Below are positions 1-11,886 of a stretch of DNA of 64,000 bases, piece after piece. The stretch lies in assembly GCA_964016885.1 (NCBI GenBank), contig OZ024748.1, positions 14,260,001 to 14,324,000 of the forward strand, in the 5' to 3' direction. Origin of the DNA: Eledone cirrhosa. Taxonomy: Eukaryota. The position numbers and the translations under genes were made by a program. The notes below the pieces were generated by a model that saw only the letters and a program-made list of their open reading frames with translations, made no database searches and was not told the origin of the DNA. Positions within the stretch are counted from its first letter, which is position 1, and every line of letters begins with the position of its first letter.

Positions 1-708
1 GAGGGACAAACAAACATTTGTTGATTCTTAACGGAGCATAAATTGCTTATGGTGCCTTTCACATAAGTACAATGTTACGCTAATTAAATTTTATATATTC
101 AAATGAAGTTCAGATAAAAAAATAAGCTTAAAAAGAATTTATTATATCAAATAAACAAAAAATAAAATATAGACGTTTGAAAAATTGGTGGGGACTTGTC
201 CCCTGGTACCCCTTGAAAAAAAGGAAGTACCTTGCATATGTGTATGTGTATCCTCAGTTAATTTATTGAGCAGTAAAACATTTTTGTTCTAGCATAACAG
301 GAATTTTGGTTATGAGCACTCACTTTTTAACCTGGTCGTTCCATAATCAGACATATCCGAGATAATACGATTATATGTTAAGTCTACGTTTAGTTTACAT
401 CCTGTGACTACTAAAGCTATTGGAAAATATGTTTATTGTAGGTAGATTTTAACTTGTTTAGATATTTATTAAATCAAATGTAATTCTCCTTATATATAGA
501 AAATCGAATTCTTATCCATTTGACCCAAACATTATCCAATTTATAGAAACATCATTTCAAAGGAGAGGCAAATATTATATGTATTAATATTTAGATATAT
601 GAAAATAATAGATAGATGGATAGATAGATAGATAGATACATAAGTACGCAGACATTAATATATGTGTCTGCCTACCTGTGTGTACGTGTAAAAGACAAAT
701 ATTATATA

Positions 709-748
<40 letters not shown>

Positions 749-840
749 TATATAAATATATGTGTGTGTGTATGTATATCTATATATGTATATATCAAAA
801 TGAAAATCCGAAAGCAAGGTAAAATTTCCAATCATTTTAA

Positions 841-896
841 TCACGACACATGTTTCAATAAGAGATAGATCGATTATCACTAATCTCGTCAGGTGA
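841..896 (-). ncRNA. Type I hammerhead ribozyme motif (minimal, PLE-type)
   Basis: Minus strand reads tcac-CTGACGA-gattagtgataatcgatctatctcttatt-GAAAC-atgt-GTC-gtga. Stem I is tcac/gtga, the core is complete, stem III is short and contains the palindrome acatgt, and the triplet is GUC. Confidence 0.7.
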
Positions 897-961
897 AAAA
901 GAATTGTATTCAAATTCTTGATATGAGGGAGAAAATTAGCAATGTTCACTCACAGAGTTTA

Positions 962-1000
<39 letters not shown>

Positions 1001-1566
1001 CTTTGATAGGTTTCGTCCAGTATTGGCCCAGGCCATGTCTAACTTAATAGCACCACCTGGCGAAGTCTTACAGATCGGTGTTTGGGCACCATGGCCCACT
1101 CGAGCAGAGAGTTATTGTTTACGGAGGCATATCAGGGTGTAGGAGGCTTATCCGGGATTTCTTGAAGGAATTTATCCAAAGACTTCTTGAACTTGATGGG
1201 GTCTGTCTCTGCCTTGATGTGTTTTGGTGTAATGTTAAAGAGTGCAGGGCCAATTGAGGTGAAATAATTGTGCCGTATTGTTGTTATGAGATGCGAGTGA
1301 GATTTTTGTCGTGGACGGATAGCACGGGGCCCAAGCCTTGAGTGTACATTAAAGATAATGCCAACATCATTTGGGCAATATTTTCCACATCATGCAGATA
1401 ATGTAGCGCTCACGGCGACGTTGGAAAGAATAAAGTTTGAGCTTTTCTAATCGACTCCAATAGTCAAGGTCTGTCATGCCATCTATCTTTTTTGTAATCG
1501 ATCTTTGGGACGCTTCAACTTTCATGATACTTTGTTTCGTGCGGGGAGACCACAATGGACAACATT
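1001..1566 (-). mobile_element. CR1/L2-like LINE 3' fragment
   Basis: ORF 1367-1555 (WSP..KVEASQRSITKKIDGMTDLDYWSRLEKLKLYSFQRRRERY) matches the typical post-RT C-terminal motif of CR1-type ORF2. The fragment ends in (TA)n. Confidence 0.75.
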
Positions 1567-1596
1567 CGTAGTGTGTAGTTACGATGGAGATTCAGT

Positions 1597-1809
1597 ATAA
1601 GAATAACATTAAGAAAGATGATTTATCTAATTACACCATCTTTCTTAATGTTATTCTTATGTGTGTGTATATGTGTATGTGTTCTTGTCTGGTGGACCTG
1701 TGATAAACGGGCGAAACTCTACAGTAACAAAACTCACTTCTTAATATAAATGAACATTAAAACTCCCCTTCGGTGCTGAGTACTCCTTTCTCTTAGCCGT
1801 TAACCTTAT

Positions 1810-1812
<3 letters not shown>
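1597..1812 (+). mobile_element. Decayed PLE-like fold-back unit with degenerate HHR (1682-1732)
   Basis: A 24-bp inverted repeat (1597-1620/1637-1660) is followed by ttgt-CTGGTGG-acctgt..acgggc-GAAACT-ctac-AGTA-acaa and an actc..gagtact tail. It ends in (TA)n. Confidence 0.5.
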
Positions 1813-1857
<45 letters not shown>

Positions 1858-1861
1858 ATAT

Positions 1862-2030
1862 ATAAGAACAAATATGACCCCGACGGCAGAGCTCAAATGA
1901 AATGGCCGTCGAAACGGCTTGAGCTCTGCCGTCAGGGTCATATTTATTCCTATTACCCACTCTACTACCCTAAGTATTGAGAACTTGATGCGTTATGGTG
2001 CATCTGGTTCCTTACCACAATTCCTTCGTT
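1862..2030 (+). mobile_element. Fold-back half-hammerhead element, copy A
   Basis: Inverted arms 1862-1896/1919-1953; GAAACGGCttgagctctGCCGTCagggtc; about 80-nt tail ending ttccttcgtt; (TA)n flanks. Homologous to copies at 22050, 31203, 32971 and 52830. Confidence 0.8.
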
Positions 2031-2036
2031 ATATAT

Positions 2037-2408
2037 AATTATGTAATAAACAACAATATAAATATTCCATTAACGAAAGTTTCACAAAGGCAGACGATTC
2101 TAACACAGGCGTCTGAAGCCGATCATCAGATAGAAATCTTTAATTAGGATATAAAATATGAAATTAAAATCTATTATAATAGATAAGGTCTCACGAAGCC
2201 AGAGGATTCTAACAGATTTTCATTTCATATTTTATATCCAAATTAAAGATTTCTATCTGACGAACGGCTTCAGACGCCTCTGTTGGAATCATCTGACTTC
2301 GTGTAACCTTGGGTAATGGAAAAATTATATTGTGTTTATTACATAATTAAATAGCTCTGTACTATACATAGAGCACTCTTCTTTCCTTACCTTTTCCACG
2401 GAAATAGT

Positions 2409-2411
<3 letters not shown>
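2037..2411 (+). mobile_element. Asymmetric fold-back PLE-like element with HHR motif on each arm (2065-2135 minus; 2250-2322 plus)
   Basis: About 135-bp imperfect inverted arms 2037-2172/2214-2348. The plus arm reads tttctat-CTGACGA-acg..cgt-GTAA-ccttggGTA-atggaaa (core A13 mutated). The minus arm has CTGATGA..GAAAC. The tail gctctgta..atagagcactc is shared with the 58579 element. Confidence 0.75.
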
Positions 2412-2485
<74 letters not shown>

Positions 2486-2665
2486 CGTGTGCGTGTTTTA
2501 GCTTCCCGTCCCCACGTAAAATTTGTAAATCAGTGGCTAGTTGAGAGATAGAGTCTTATCGGTTGCCAGTTAATCGCTTTACCGTGTCGGTTGTTACAAA
2601 CAGTCATGACAGGCACGGGCCGGTGTTTGGATTATGACGATCGATTGGTTATTTATTAGGCGATA

Positions 2666-2775
2666 CCCGCTGATGAAGCCACATAAGCCGATTGTGCATT
2701 GTTGCATAATAAATACAGACAGATGGTGCAGTGCACCTTACTGCTGCATTAGTGCGGCAGAAACTTGAATCCGGG
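2666..2775 (+). ncRNA. Hammerhead-like motif with large stem II insert (partly decayed)
   Basis: cccg-CTGATGA-agcc..(about 75 nt)..ggca-GAAAC-ttga-ATC-cggg. Stem I is cccg/cggg; stem III is imperfect. Confidence 0.55.
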
Positions 2776-3626
2776 AACCTTATGGGCACCCGTTTTACCT
2801 GTGTTGTGTTGAGGCAAATAACTATGTGTATATTCTGGTAATGTATCTTACATTGCCCATTGAGTGCGCTGAGATACAACCGATACTGGCATTGATAAAT
2901 ATGCTGGGTCCGTCAACCCTTATTATACATATATATATATATACATACATATATATATATATATACATATATATATATGTATGTATATATATACATATAT
3001 ATATATGTATATATATATACATATATATATATATACACATATATAAATTTCTACTGGATCAGTAATCACACACGACTATAAATTAATTTTTACACATTCT
3101 ACCGCCGCTCTGTCCTACCAGTCTAATATATTACCGTTCGTTTTCATAAGATATCCACTGACATTTATTCGAAATTACTTCCTTTAGTAATTAGTCCTTG
3201 CTATGATCGAATGTTTTTGGCTGATACTTAATCCGAGTGAGACCAATACTGATCACATTAGAGTACAAAGAGTGATCAATTTTGTTTCTTTCCAGACAAG
3301 CTACCGTTGCTAAGGAAATCATGATAAATTGGTCTGATCAGAGAGTGGTAGGTGAGACGATTATAACGTGAATGATATCAACATACGCTGGATCAAATCA
3401 GAGCATTAAAAAACAACTACCGAAACCTTATCAACCGTAATACTGTTTTACTCGCTTCATCAGTCAATTTCGACGATAGGAAAAAGTGACAACAGTAATA
3501 ATTATTGACGAGACTACATCGTAGAAAATCTAATACATACTCACACAAAAACGCATATGATATTATATGGTGTAGTATGGTCTCGTAACTTCTTGTGGAG
3601 TCATATATACATACAGCGACAGAGGG

Positions 3627-3657
<31 letters not shown>

Positions 3658-3819
3658 TGTATGTATGTATATGTGTATATATGAATATTTCTGTATGTGT
3701 GTGTTAGCATATATATATTTTTTTTTTTAAGGATCGATCAACTTTCGTCAAATCGGACCGAGGAAGCAATGTTTCCGTCGGTCTTTCCAGTTGCTAGTAC
3801 TATCTATCGGTCGCAACTC

Positions 3820-3947
3820 CAGGTAGAAGGAACAACGTGAAATAAAGTGTCTTGCCCAAGGACATAACGCATCGCCCGGTCCACGAATCGAACTCACAAC
3901 CTCAAGATTGTGAATCCAATTCTCTAACCACTCAGCCACACGCCTTC
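3820..3947 (-). mobile_element. tRNA-derived SINE family 2, 5' part
   Basis: Minus strand has box A (tggctgagtggttag), box B (gagttcgattcg), then ccttgggcaagacactttatttcacg. Similar copies lie at 14178-14298, 23080-23310, 48870-49190 and 59200-59290. Confidence 0.75.
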
Positions 3948-4207
3948 ATATATATATATATATACACATATATTCACTACATACACGTGTGTTGGTGTGT
4001 GCTTCCAATCAAATTTATTGTGAACATGCTTCAACATGTTTCGAACAATTTCCAAGATTTTATTTATTATTTATTATTCCTGATTATCGATCAATTTCAG
4101 AAAACTCGCCTTTGATTTTTAATATTTTTTCTTTTATTTCCCACCTTCCTAAAGAATCCGTACATGTGATTGTAAGCAGCAGAGTCTTCTGGTGAAGATA
4201 TGAAGGA

Positions 4208-4672
4208 ATATATTATATATATATAATATATATATAATTTATATAATATATATATAATATATATAATATATATATAATATATATAATATATATATAATAT
4301 ATATAATATATATATAATTTATATAATATATATATAATATATATAATATATATATAAATATATATAAATATATATAATATATATATATAATATATATATA
4401 ATATATATATATATTTCTTATATATATTTCTTATATATATTTCTTATATATATTTCTTATATATATTTCTTATATATATTTCTTATATATATATGATATA
4501 TATATAATATATATATATATGATATATATATAATATATATATATAATATATAATATATATATATAATATATAATATATATATATAATATATAAATAATAT
4601 ATATATATAATATATAATATATATATATAATATATAAATAATATATATATATATATACATATATTTCTTATA
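4208..4672. repeat. AT-only compound micro/minisatellite
   Basis: (TATATATAA)n-like and (TATATATTTCT)n-like arrays. Confidence 0.95.
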
Positions 4673-5287
4673 TTTTAAAGCAAGCGACGAAAAGCATATT
4701 TTTATCTTTTTGTTTATTTCTTTGCTTTCCTTTGGACGACAAAAAATCCCATGAAATGTTCGATTAAGTAGTTCCTAAACTATTGTACGACCCGAGTGAT
4801 ATATAGTGTGTAGTGCTGTGAAAGAGAAGTGAGTATGGTACCTCCTCGTAAATAAACTGGGACGCTTCATCACTGATATACTACGTATTGAACTCTAAAC
4901 TCAAAACCAGTCACGGTTATATTTGCCTATCATCATTCAAATGTCAATTATTAAAATACCAGCTTCGTACTGCGGTCGATGTTTTCTCTGCGCCTCTCTT
5001 TCACTGTCTCTTCACTCATATTTTCACTCTCTCCATCTTTAGAAGAAATCGAGTTTGTTCAAATCCGAAGAAGAATAGGCACCATCGGGTTAAAACCCTT
5101 TTAGCATTTAAGCCGACCGTATCCGACCAGAATTCTCTCACCTCTGTCTGTTCAAACTAGCCATAACTGCTGGTCACTCATACTTATATTAAGGTATTGT
5201 TCTCAAAATATATAACATTAACATCTCGTAGATTCGATTATATTAGATAAATATGTAAGATAAAGCCTTTACCACAAAAATACAATA

Positions 5288-5488
5288 GTCGTCTCTTTGT
5301 CGTCTCTTCTTCTCTGTCGTCTCTTCTTCTTTGTCGTCTTTCCTTCTTCTTTGTCGTCTTTCCTTCTTCTTTGTCGTCTTTCCTTCTTCTTTGTCGTCTT
5401 TCCTTCTTCTTTGTCGTCTTTCCTTCTTCTTTGTCGTCTTTCCTTCTTCTTTGTCGTCTCTTCTTCTTTGTCGTCTTTCCTTCTTCGC
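5288..5488. repeat. 20-bp minisatellite (tccttcttctttgtcgtctt), about 10 copies
   Basis: Exact 20-nt periodicity is visible at 5341-5460. Confidence 0.95.
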
Positions 5489-6421
5489 CACACTCAGAGA
5501 TAATACATTTTTGTTAATGTTTCACAAACAAATTAGGAAAATATATCCCACAGAGAGAATCCGAACAACGTTGCGGTTAAGTTTGACTACAGAATCACTA
5601 GAAAATCATACACAAATATAACTGAAAAAAAACAGCAAGTGCTAAAGGAATTAGCAACTTTAGTAAAATTAGATGTTGAGAACAGAGAAGAGAACACACA
5701 CAGCAAGACGACGAAGAAGAAAAAAGAAAGGAGGAGCTGATGAGTGCTAAATACTTGTGTTTAGCACTAAATACTTATGTATTTAGCACTTCGGCTGTGG
5801 GAAGAAGTCGTGAATACGTTTTACTTTAGAAACAGCTAAATATAGCTTCCTTATATCCCGTCCGTCTTTTAATAATGGTAAAATGGTGCTTAGTCGCAGA
5901 CACAGCGTCCAGTCATCTTAATACAACTGACCAATACCGAGCCTATAAAACTGATACCAAATATATTTTCTCATTATTCACACACATATATGTATACACA
6001 TACTCACACACACACACAAATATGTGTGTGTGTATATATATACACACGCACATAAATGCATATGTATGTATGTGTATGTGTGTATGTGTGTGTGTGTCTT
6101 ATTTCCTTTCTTTTTCTCCTGCTATTATATTTCCGTGTTTTATTCTCTGATCTTGAGTAGTAGTAGTAGTAGTAGTAGCGGCGGCAGCGGTGGCGGCGGC
6201 GGCAGCAGCAGCAGCAGTGAATGCTGCTGTTACTACCCGGATAAAAATGTCAATTTTGAAGTGAGTGTTAGTGGAACAAGAGGACAGGTCAACATCCCTA
6301 ATGAACCAATTAAATAAAAGTTTGTGTAGTTGGCGGTCAGCTTAAATCCTTATAAATAAAGCAAAGCCACTTACTGGAATAGCAGCAGTCGTTATTCACT
6401 GACCAGTGGTTGGCTATCATC

Positions 6422-8767
6422 ATGCATTTGTCTATGTATTTCTGGAGAATTTTAACATTATTTTCTACAATAATTCTGTCACGGTATGTAATAACCAGTC
6501 TTGATTGTCCTTCAAAATGTTACTGTCACGGAAATAAAGTTGATTGCATTGGAGCAAATTTAACTTCTATTCCTACAAATTTACCCAAACATACAAAATA
6601 TCTATATCTCAATAATAATAATATTCAACGTTTGGAAAGTCTACCACTCCAACAACTGAAAACACTTACTCATTTATACCTGCATGATAATCAGCTTTCC
6701 CAGATTGATGAGAACACTTTTAATGCATTGCCTCAACTCTCCGTTTTGCACCTACAAAGAAATAATTTACGTTCCCTATCTCCTGGCATTTTCTCCGGAG
6801 CTTCTAGTCTTCATGATTTAAATTTGTCCAGGAATAAACTATCTGATATATATGGAACATTTAAAAATGTTTCTAGCTTACACAATCTGTATATTTCAGA
6901 AAACTCCATTCAGCATTTGGATGAAAACAGTTTTCCAGACCTTGTGAACCTGAACGTACTGGAACTGAGTAAGAATTTTTTGAAAGGACTTAATTTGATG
7001 GCCTTGAAGAATTTAAAGAATTTATCTGTTTTGAAAGTTGACCAGAACAATATTGGTGATATTAGCACACCTCTTCCTGATGACATTCCTCTTCAAATGA
7101 TGGATTTATCCAGATGTGAACTACGGAAATTTCCTTTACACATACCAAAACACATACAATATTTAAACTTAGGTATGAACAAATTGACGTCAGTCACAAT
7201 AGATAACCTGAAGAAACTGACTTCATTAAAGATTTTGATACTCGATAATAATAGAATACGGGACATTGAACCTAAAGCTTTTGGAATTTTAACAAACCTT
7301 CAGGAACTCTGGTTAAACCACAATGCAATTACACATCTCAACATATATCCACCGACTTCATTAACGTCGCTAGTTCTGGACAACAATAAAATCAAAAAGA
7401 TAGCTTTTAATATATTTCCTGACGATTCAGCCTTGCAGTCAATTTCACTGCAAAGTAATAGTCTGGCTAATATATCAGAACATGCATTTGCAGGTTTATA
7501 TAACCTTAAAGAGCTTATACTTGACAACAATCCTCTCAGCTCTATCCAGGACTTTGCTTTCTCTAAATTGCCGAAGCTAGAAATACTATCACTGAGTAGT
7601 TGTCCTCTCCGTGTTATAGAAAAAGATGCATTTCATGGACTGACGTATTTGAAAAAACTGTACATCATGTTTGTAAAAGAACCTGTAACTAAAATAGAAA
7701 ACTTCGGTGTGAATTTACCTTCTCTGGAAATATTTGATATCCAGTCAAGTCCGACGTTAATTGATCTCATTATCAATTCAGAATCATTTTTATTGACTTT
7801 AAACCAAACAGCCACTTACCTACAAGAATTTAATATTATGAATGGAGATCTCATGACTTTACCAACATATGTAAGAACTTATTTATCCGGTGTAAACGTT
7901 ATAAAGTTAGCTGGCAATCTTTGGCTTTGCGATGAAGAAATAAATATTTTTTTTGAATGGTTAGTAACAGAAGCGGACAAGTTTACACAAAAAGATAAAA
8001 TTACATGTCTCTATCCCAAGTCCCTGAAAGGTGTTCCAATATATAATTTAACTACTGAACAGGTGGAGCAATTACCAGACTTGCGTAAAAGTAAACAAGA
8101 TGGTTTTTTCAATTACCTTTATAAACAAGAGGAAAGAATAATTGTAAAAGACATGGATGAGACAACAAATAATGAACTCATCTACATAATTAATGGGGCT
8201 GTGAAATACTGTCCTGATAATAACGAACCAATCGTCACTACAAGCAAGGACTATCTTCTTAGTGGGGGGACAACTGATACATTACAGTTTACTCGAAACA
8301 TAATTGAATTCGCAAGCAAGGATTCGAATTATATGGAGAGAAATCGTTCGAAAATCAATAACAATCACAAGAGTGGTTCTGAACAATCTAAAAATTCACC
8401 GAATGGCAGAGTTGCCAAAAGCGACCAGCATTTAACACACACAAAGACAAATAACAAACCGACTTTACAGGGAAAACGTGTCGACTTTACTTCAGATATA
8501 TCTACACATTTATTGAGAACACGAATTTTTAACAAAGAAAATCAACTGCCGGATATTACAGTAAAAAGGACTATAACTACTACTACAAGTACCACGACAA
8601 CTACCATGTCAATTCTCCCAACACCTTCCTATTTGAAAGTTTGGGCATCGACAGCGTCAGTAATTACAATGGGCATCTCTTTAGCAACAGGTAGTTTGTT
8701 TTATTTTGTGCTCCGTTTTCGACGGAGGAAATCCCAGAGTAGAAATATTGAACAGTACAGTATGTAA
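6422..8767 (+). CDS. Intronless leucine-rich-repeat type I transmembrane protein (signal peptide, LRRNT, about 19 LRRs, LRRCT, Thr-rich stalk, TM, short tail)
   Basis: 781-codon ORF from ATG 6422 (the ORF track starts at upstream TTG 6410). Hydrophobic N-terminus; CPSKCYC..VDC N-cap; repeated LxxLxLxxNxI/L; NLWLCD..ITCLYP C-cap; TTTTTSTTTTT; TM segment VWASTASVITMGISLATGSLFYFVL followed by RFRRRK. Confidence 0.93.
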   Translation: MHLSMYFWRILTLFSTIILSRYVITSLDCPSKCYCHGNKVDCIGANLTSIPTNLPKHTKYLYLNNNNIQRLESLPLQQLKTLTHLYLHDNQLSQIDENTFNALPQLSVLHLQRNNLRSLSPGIFSGASSLHDLNLSRNKLSDIYGTFKNVSSLHNLYISENSIQHLDENSFPDLVNLNVLELSKNFLKGLNLMALKNLKNLSVLKVDQNNIGDISTPLPDDIPLQMMDLSRCELRKFPLHIPKHIQYLNLGMNKLTSVTIDNLKKLTSLKILILDNNRIRDIEPKAFGILTNLQELWLNHNAITHLNIYPPTSLTSLVLDNNKIKKIAFNIFPDDSALQSISLQSNSLANISEHAFAGLYNLKELILDNNPLSSIQDFAFSKLPKLEILSLSSCPLRVIEKDAFHGLTYLKKLYIMFVKEPVTKIENFGVNLPSLEIFDIQSSPTLIDLIINSESFLLTLNQTATYLQEFNIMNGDLMTLPTYVRTYLSGVNVIKLAGNLWLCDEEINIFFEWLVTEADKFTQKDKITCLYPKSLKGVPIYNLTTEQVEQLPDLRKSKQDGFFNYLYKQEERIIVKDMDETTNNELIYIINGAVKYCPDNNEPIVTTSKDYLLSGGTTDTLQFTRNIIEFASKDSNYMERNRSKINNNHKSGSEQSKNSPNGRVAKSDQHLTHTKTNNKPTLQGKRVDFTSDISTHLLRTRIFNKENQLPDITVKRTITTTTSTTTTTMSILPTPSYLKVWASTASVITMGISLATGSLFYFVLRFRRRKSQSRNIEQYSM

Positions 8768-8886
8768 GAAGGCAAATAAGATTTATTTGTTTTCTTATGT
8801 TTTCTTATAATTTATATTTCTTTGTCAAATCGTTTCAAAGTGATATTTTTTCTAAGTGATAATTTGAAATTAACTTCAATCCGTTT

Positions 8887-9083
8887 TTAACCCTTTTGAT
8901 ACCAAACCGACAGAAACCACCACTGGTTCTATGATACAAAACTGTTTTTACCTAAAAAAAAACTTTCATCATAATTTCATGTTCCATGAGAAGTTTTGTT
9001 GTATTATGTACTCCTAAATTCTTGATTGTCTTCAAAATTATTGGCAGTGTCTGTCATTAGCCATACGGTAACAAAAGAGTTAA
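8887..9083. mobile_element. piggyBac-like MITE
   Basis: TTAA-cccttttgatacc ... ggtaacaaaagag-TTAA termini. Related copies at 54009-54263, 62299-62554 and 43817-44323, plus fragments. Confidence 0.65.
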
Positions 9084-9633
9084 ATTGTCATTTATTTAAA
9101 AACTTCCATCATAATCATATGTAAGAACGTTTCTTATGTTAAAAAAACTCAGCTTAATAATGAAAAAATTTGTTATATTTTTAAATCTGTCTAAATTCTT
9201 GATACTTTTCAAATTTAATAGCAGATATGTTTTAGAAATATGGTAATGAAAGGGTTAATATATATTTTGTGTTGTCATTTTGATTTGGCAATCACAACTA
9301 CCAACATCCATAATTCTATTCACCACACGGTTTCACCTTTCTCATACTCACCATTAAATTTGTATTTAATTTGTAATTGTAAATTTGTAAAGCAGTTATC
9401 TATCTATCTATATATATATATATATATATATAAATGCTTTGTTAACTAACGAAACTAGGTACCAATAAATAAGGTACGACTAATAAATAAGATACTGAGA
9501 ATAATTCAATCAACCCTGTTACTTCTAGAAGGTTCTTATTCATTGTAAAAATATGAAACATCATCATCATCGTTGTCAACATCAACATTATCATCATCAT
9601 CGTCACCCCATTCATCAACATAACCATCTACAT

Positions 9634-9798
9634 CAGACATAGGCAACCTTTTTTCGAGCAGTGGGCCGCATAGGATGCTGCTCATCATAAAGCAGGCCGC
9701 ACTACTAAAAATTTCAAGGTCATTTTGAAATTAGGCATGACATTCAGAAGGCCAAACGGGTCGCATGCGGCTCGAGGGCCGCAGTTTGCACGTGACTG
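9634..9798. mobile_element. hAT (Charlie-like) MITE
   Basis: cag..ctg termini with imperfect TIRs, internal gggccgca motifs, and an 8-bp TSD atctacat/acctacat. Confidence 0.75.
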
Positions 9799-10151
9799 AC
9801 CTACATCATCGCCATAATCATTTTGAGTTCGTAATCCTCGATGTCCTATTTTGCCAGGGTAAATTAATATATATTCGTCACGTTCTGGGTTACATGGAAT
9901 CGAATATACTTTCCCTCAAATCATATGAAGCAGACAAGGGGCAATAACTCCTGTGATGTCTTGCAGCAAATTCACTTATCCAATCTTAGTACGAAGGTTT
10001 GTGAATAATATCAGCATTGTCCCTATCTGCAGACTTGGCATTTAAAAAGAGAATCTATCAACCGTATGAAAACACTTCATACCAACCTCCTGAAATGGCT
10101 CTGTGTTCATGATACAAAGCTCTTCGTTTTAAAGTGTTTATATGTATCTAA

Positions 10152-10300
10152 AGTGTGACGAATTGGCAGAGCCGTTAAACCGTTGGATAGAATGCTTTGC
10201 CTTATTTGTTCCGGCTCTCGGAGTTCAAATCCCACCAAGGTCAAATTTGCCTTTTATTCTTTCAAGGTCGACAAAAAAGTACCAGTCTAGTGCTGGGGTT
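10152..10300 (+). mobile_element. tRNA-derived SINE family 1, old copy
   Basis: tggcagagccgtt box A, gagttcaaatccc box B, gccttttattctttcaaggtcgac core. Confidence 0.7.
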
Positions 10301-10321
10301 AATTCATTCTCTATATATCTT

Positions 10322-10355
<34 letters not shown>

Positions 10356-11468
10356 TCCTTCTCTGGAAGAAATCTTCTGTGTTCAGGCATGAGTTGTAAC
10401 AGGCTTTAGAAAATGCCCAAGAAATGCCGCATGCCACTATAGAGACCCTACCATACCATTTATCTAAAGTCATTACTTCACAATTTTATGTGAGAAGATT
10501 TGTTAAATTATGTTACAAACAACAACGTAAACTCCGCCATAAACTATAATTTTCAAATGTATTTGTAAAGCATAAACAGTGCCTATCATTAGGAATATGG
10601 TCATGATAGAATTCAGGAGGAAATAGGAAGAATTATTGTAATTTAACAGCAGGTTATACGTTTTTCATCTAATATATTTTTTTGAACGATTGTGGTTTGT
10701 TGGGTATTTAACCACTATCTATATCAGACTGAATGATCAGAGATAAGATCCTAGCTTCCTTGAGACTGTTTTAGTCATAGATGGTAGGGCAGTGCCCATG
10801 GCCTTTCCCCTGACACCTGAGACTGGTGGGAGTGAGGGAATGAACACATCCTTATACCAAACGCTCTGGCCTGAATGATTGCAACAGATTGGGGTTTGCT
10901 AAAGGCACAAACGGGCCAGCTGGTAGTGTTGAAACCGGCAACAGATTAAGTTAGACCACATCTGTATTTGAACTCAATGTTAAAAGCTACAATAAATGGC
11001 TGTTAAAAGTATTGCAGCTATGGTGATTACTAACATGACCACTGGTGCATAAGATAATTGTTTAATACTTGTCCCTACTTGGGTTGCTACTGATGTTTAA
11101 ATTATAATTTATTTTTAATTGTTATTAATATTGTGTGCGTGTGTGTATACATATATATTGGGTCGTCAAGTATGAAATTTGTAGAAATGTTTAAAAATAA
11201 AATGAATTTCTACAAATTTCATACTTGATGACGCTATATATATACATATACACACGCACACACTGATACACATACTGATACGCATATATATATTGTGTAT
11301 ATATATATGTGTGTGTATATATATACCTTTATATATATATATATATACATATACAAATATACATACACAAATACATACATTATTCAAGCCAAGGTTTTGT
11401 TACAACATATTACAAATCGAAATAACTGTTTTTGTTTGTTTGTTTGTTGTTTTTTTTTGTGCGAGTGT

Positions 11469-11501
<33 letters not shown>

Positions 11502-11849
11502 CAAAATAACCATTTTCTTGTGTCGTCTTCCAGTTGTTATATCCGTCATAAAATGAAAAAAAAATTATATATATATATATATATACAATATAAATTGACA
11601 AATTCTTATTTTTCGACAGATTTAGATTTTATATTTGTTTTCACTCTCTATTACATATATTATTGATCTATCTATTTTTATATGTGAATAACTGTTTGAT
11701 TCCTGTGTAGAATTGCAAAATAATTGTGCCGAGAATTGGACTGTTATAGAAAATATTGTTTCAATAAAGTTGTCTTGTTTCTGTATTATAATTAAATAAA
11801 ACATTTTGAACAAAACAATCATGTCTTCATGATTCTTTAAAATAAATAA

Positions 11850-11886
<37 letters not shown>

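Noticed and set aside
3415-3470. Minus-strand CTGATGA with a short hairpin
   Set aside because: No GAAA box or closing stem I.
5243-5621. K/R/E-rich and F/S/L-rich ORFs
   Set aside because: They are products of the 20-bp minisatellite.
5731-5792. CTGATGA followed by a strong hairpin (gtgctaaatac..gtttagcac)
   Set aside because: It is followed by TAAA rather than GAAA, and there is no stem I partner or helix III.
7300-7815. Antisense ORFs within the LRR gene
   Set aside because: Short shadow ORFs of the real CDS.
10712-10786. ctgaatga..gagact..agtc with flanking complementarity
   Set aside because: Both core boxes deviate and spacing to stem I is off by 6 nt; too weak to call.
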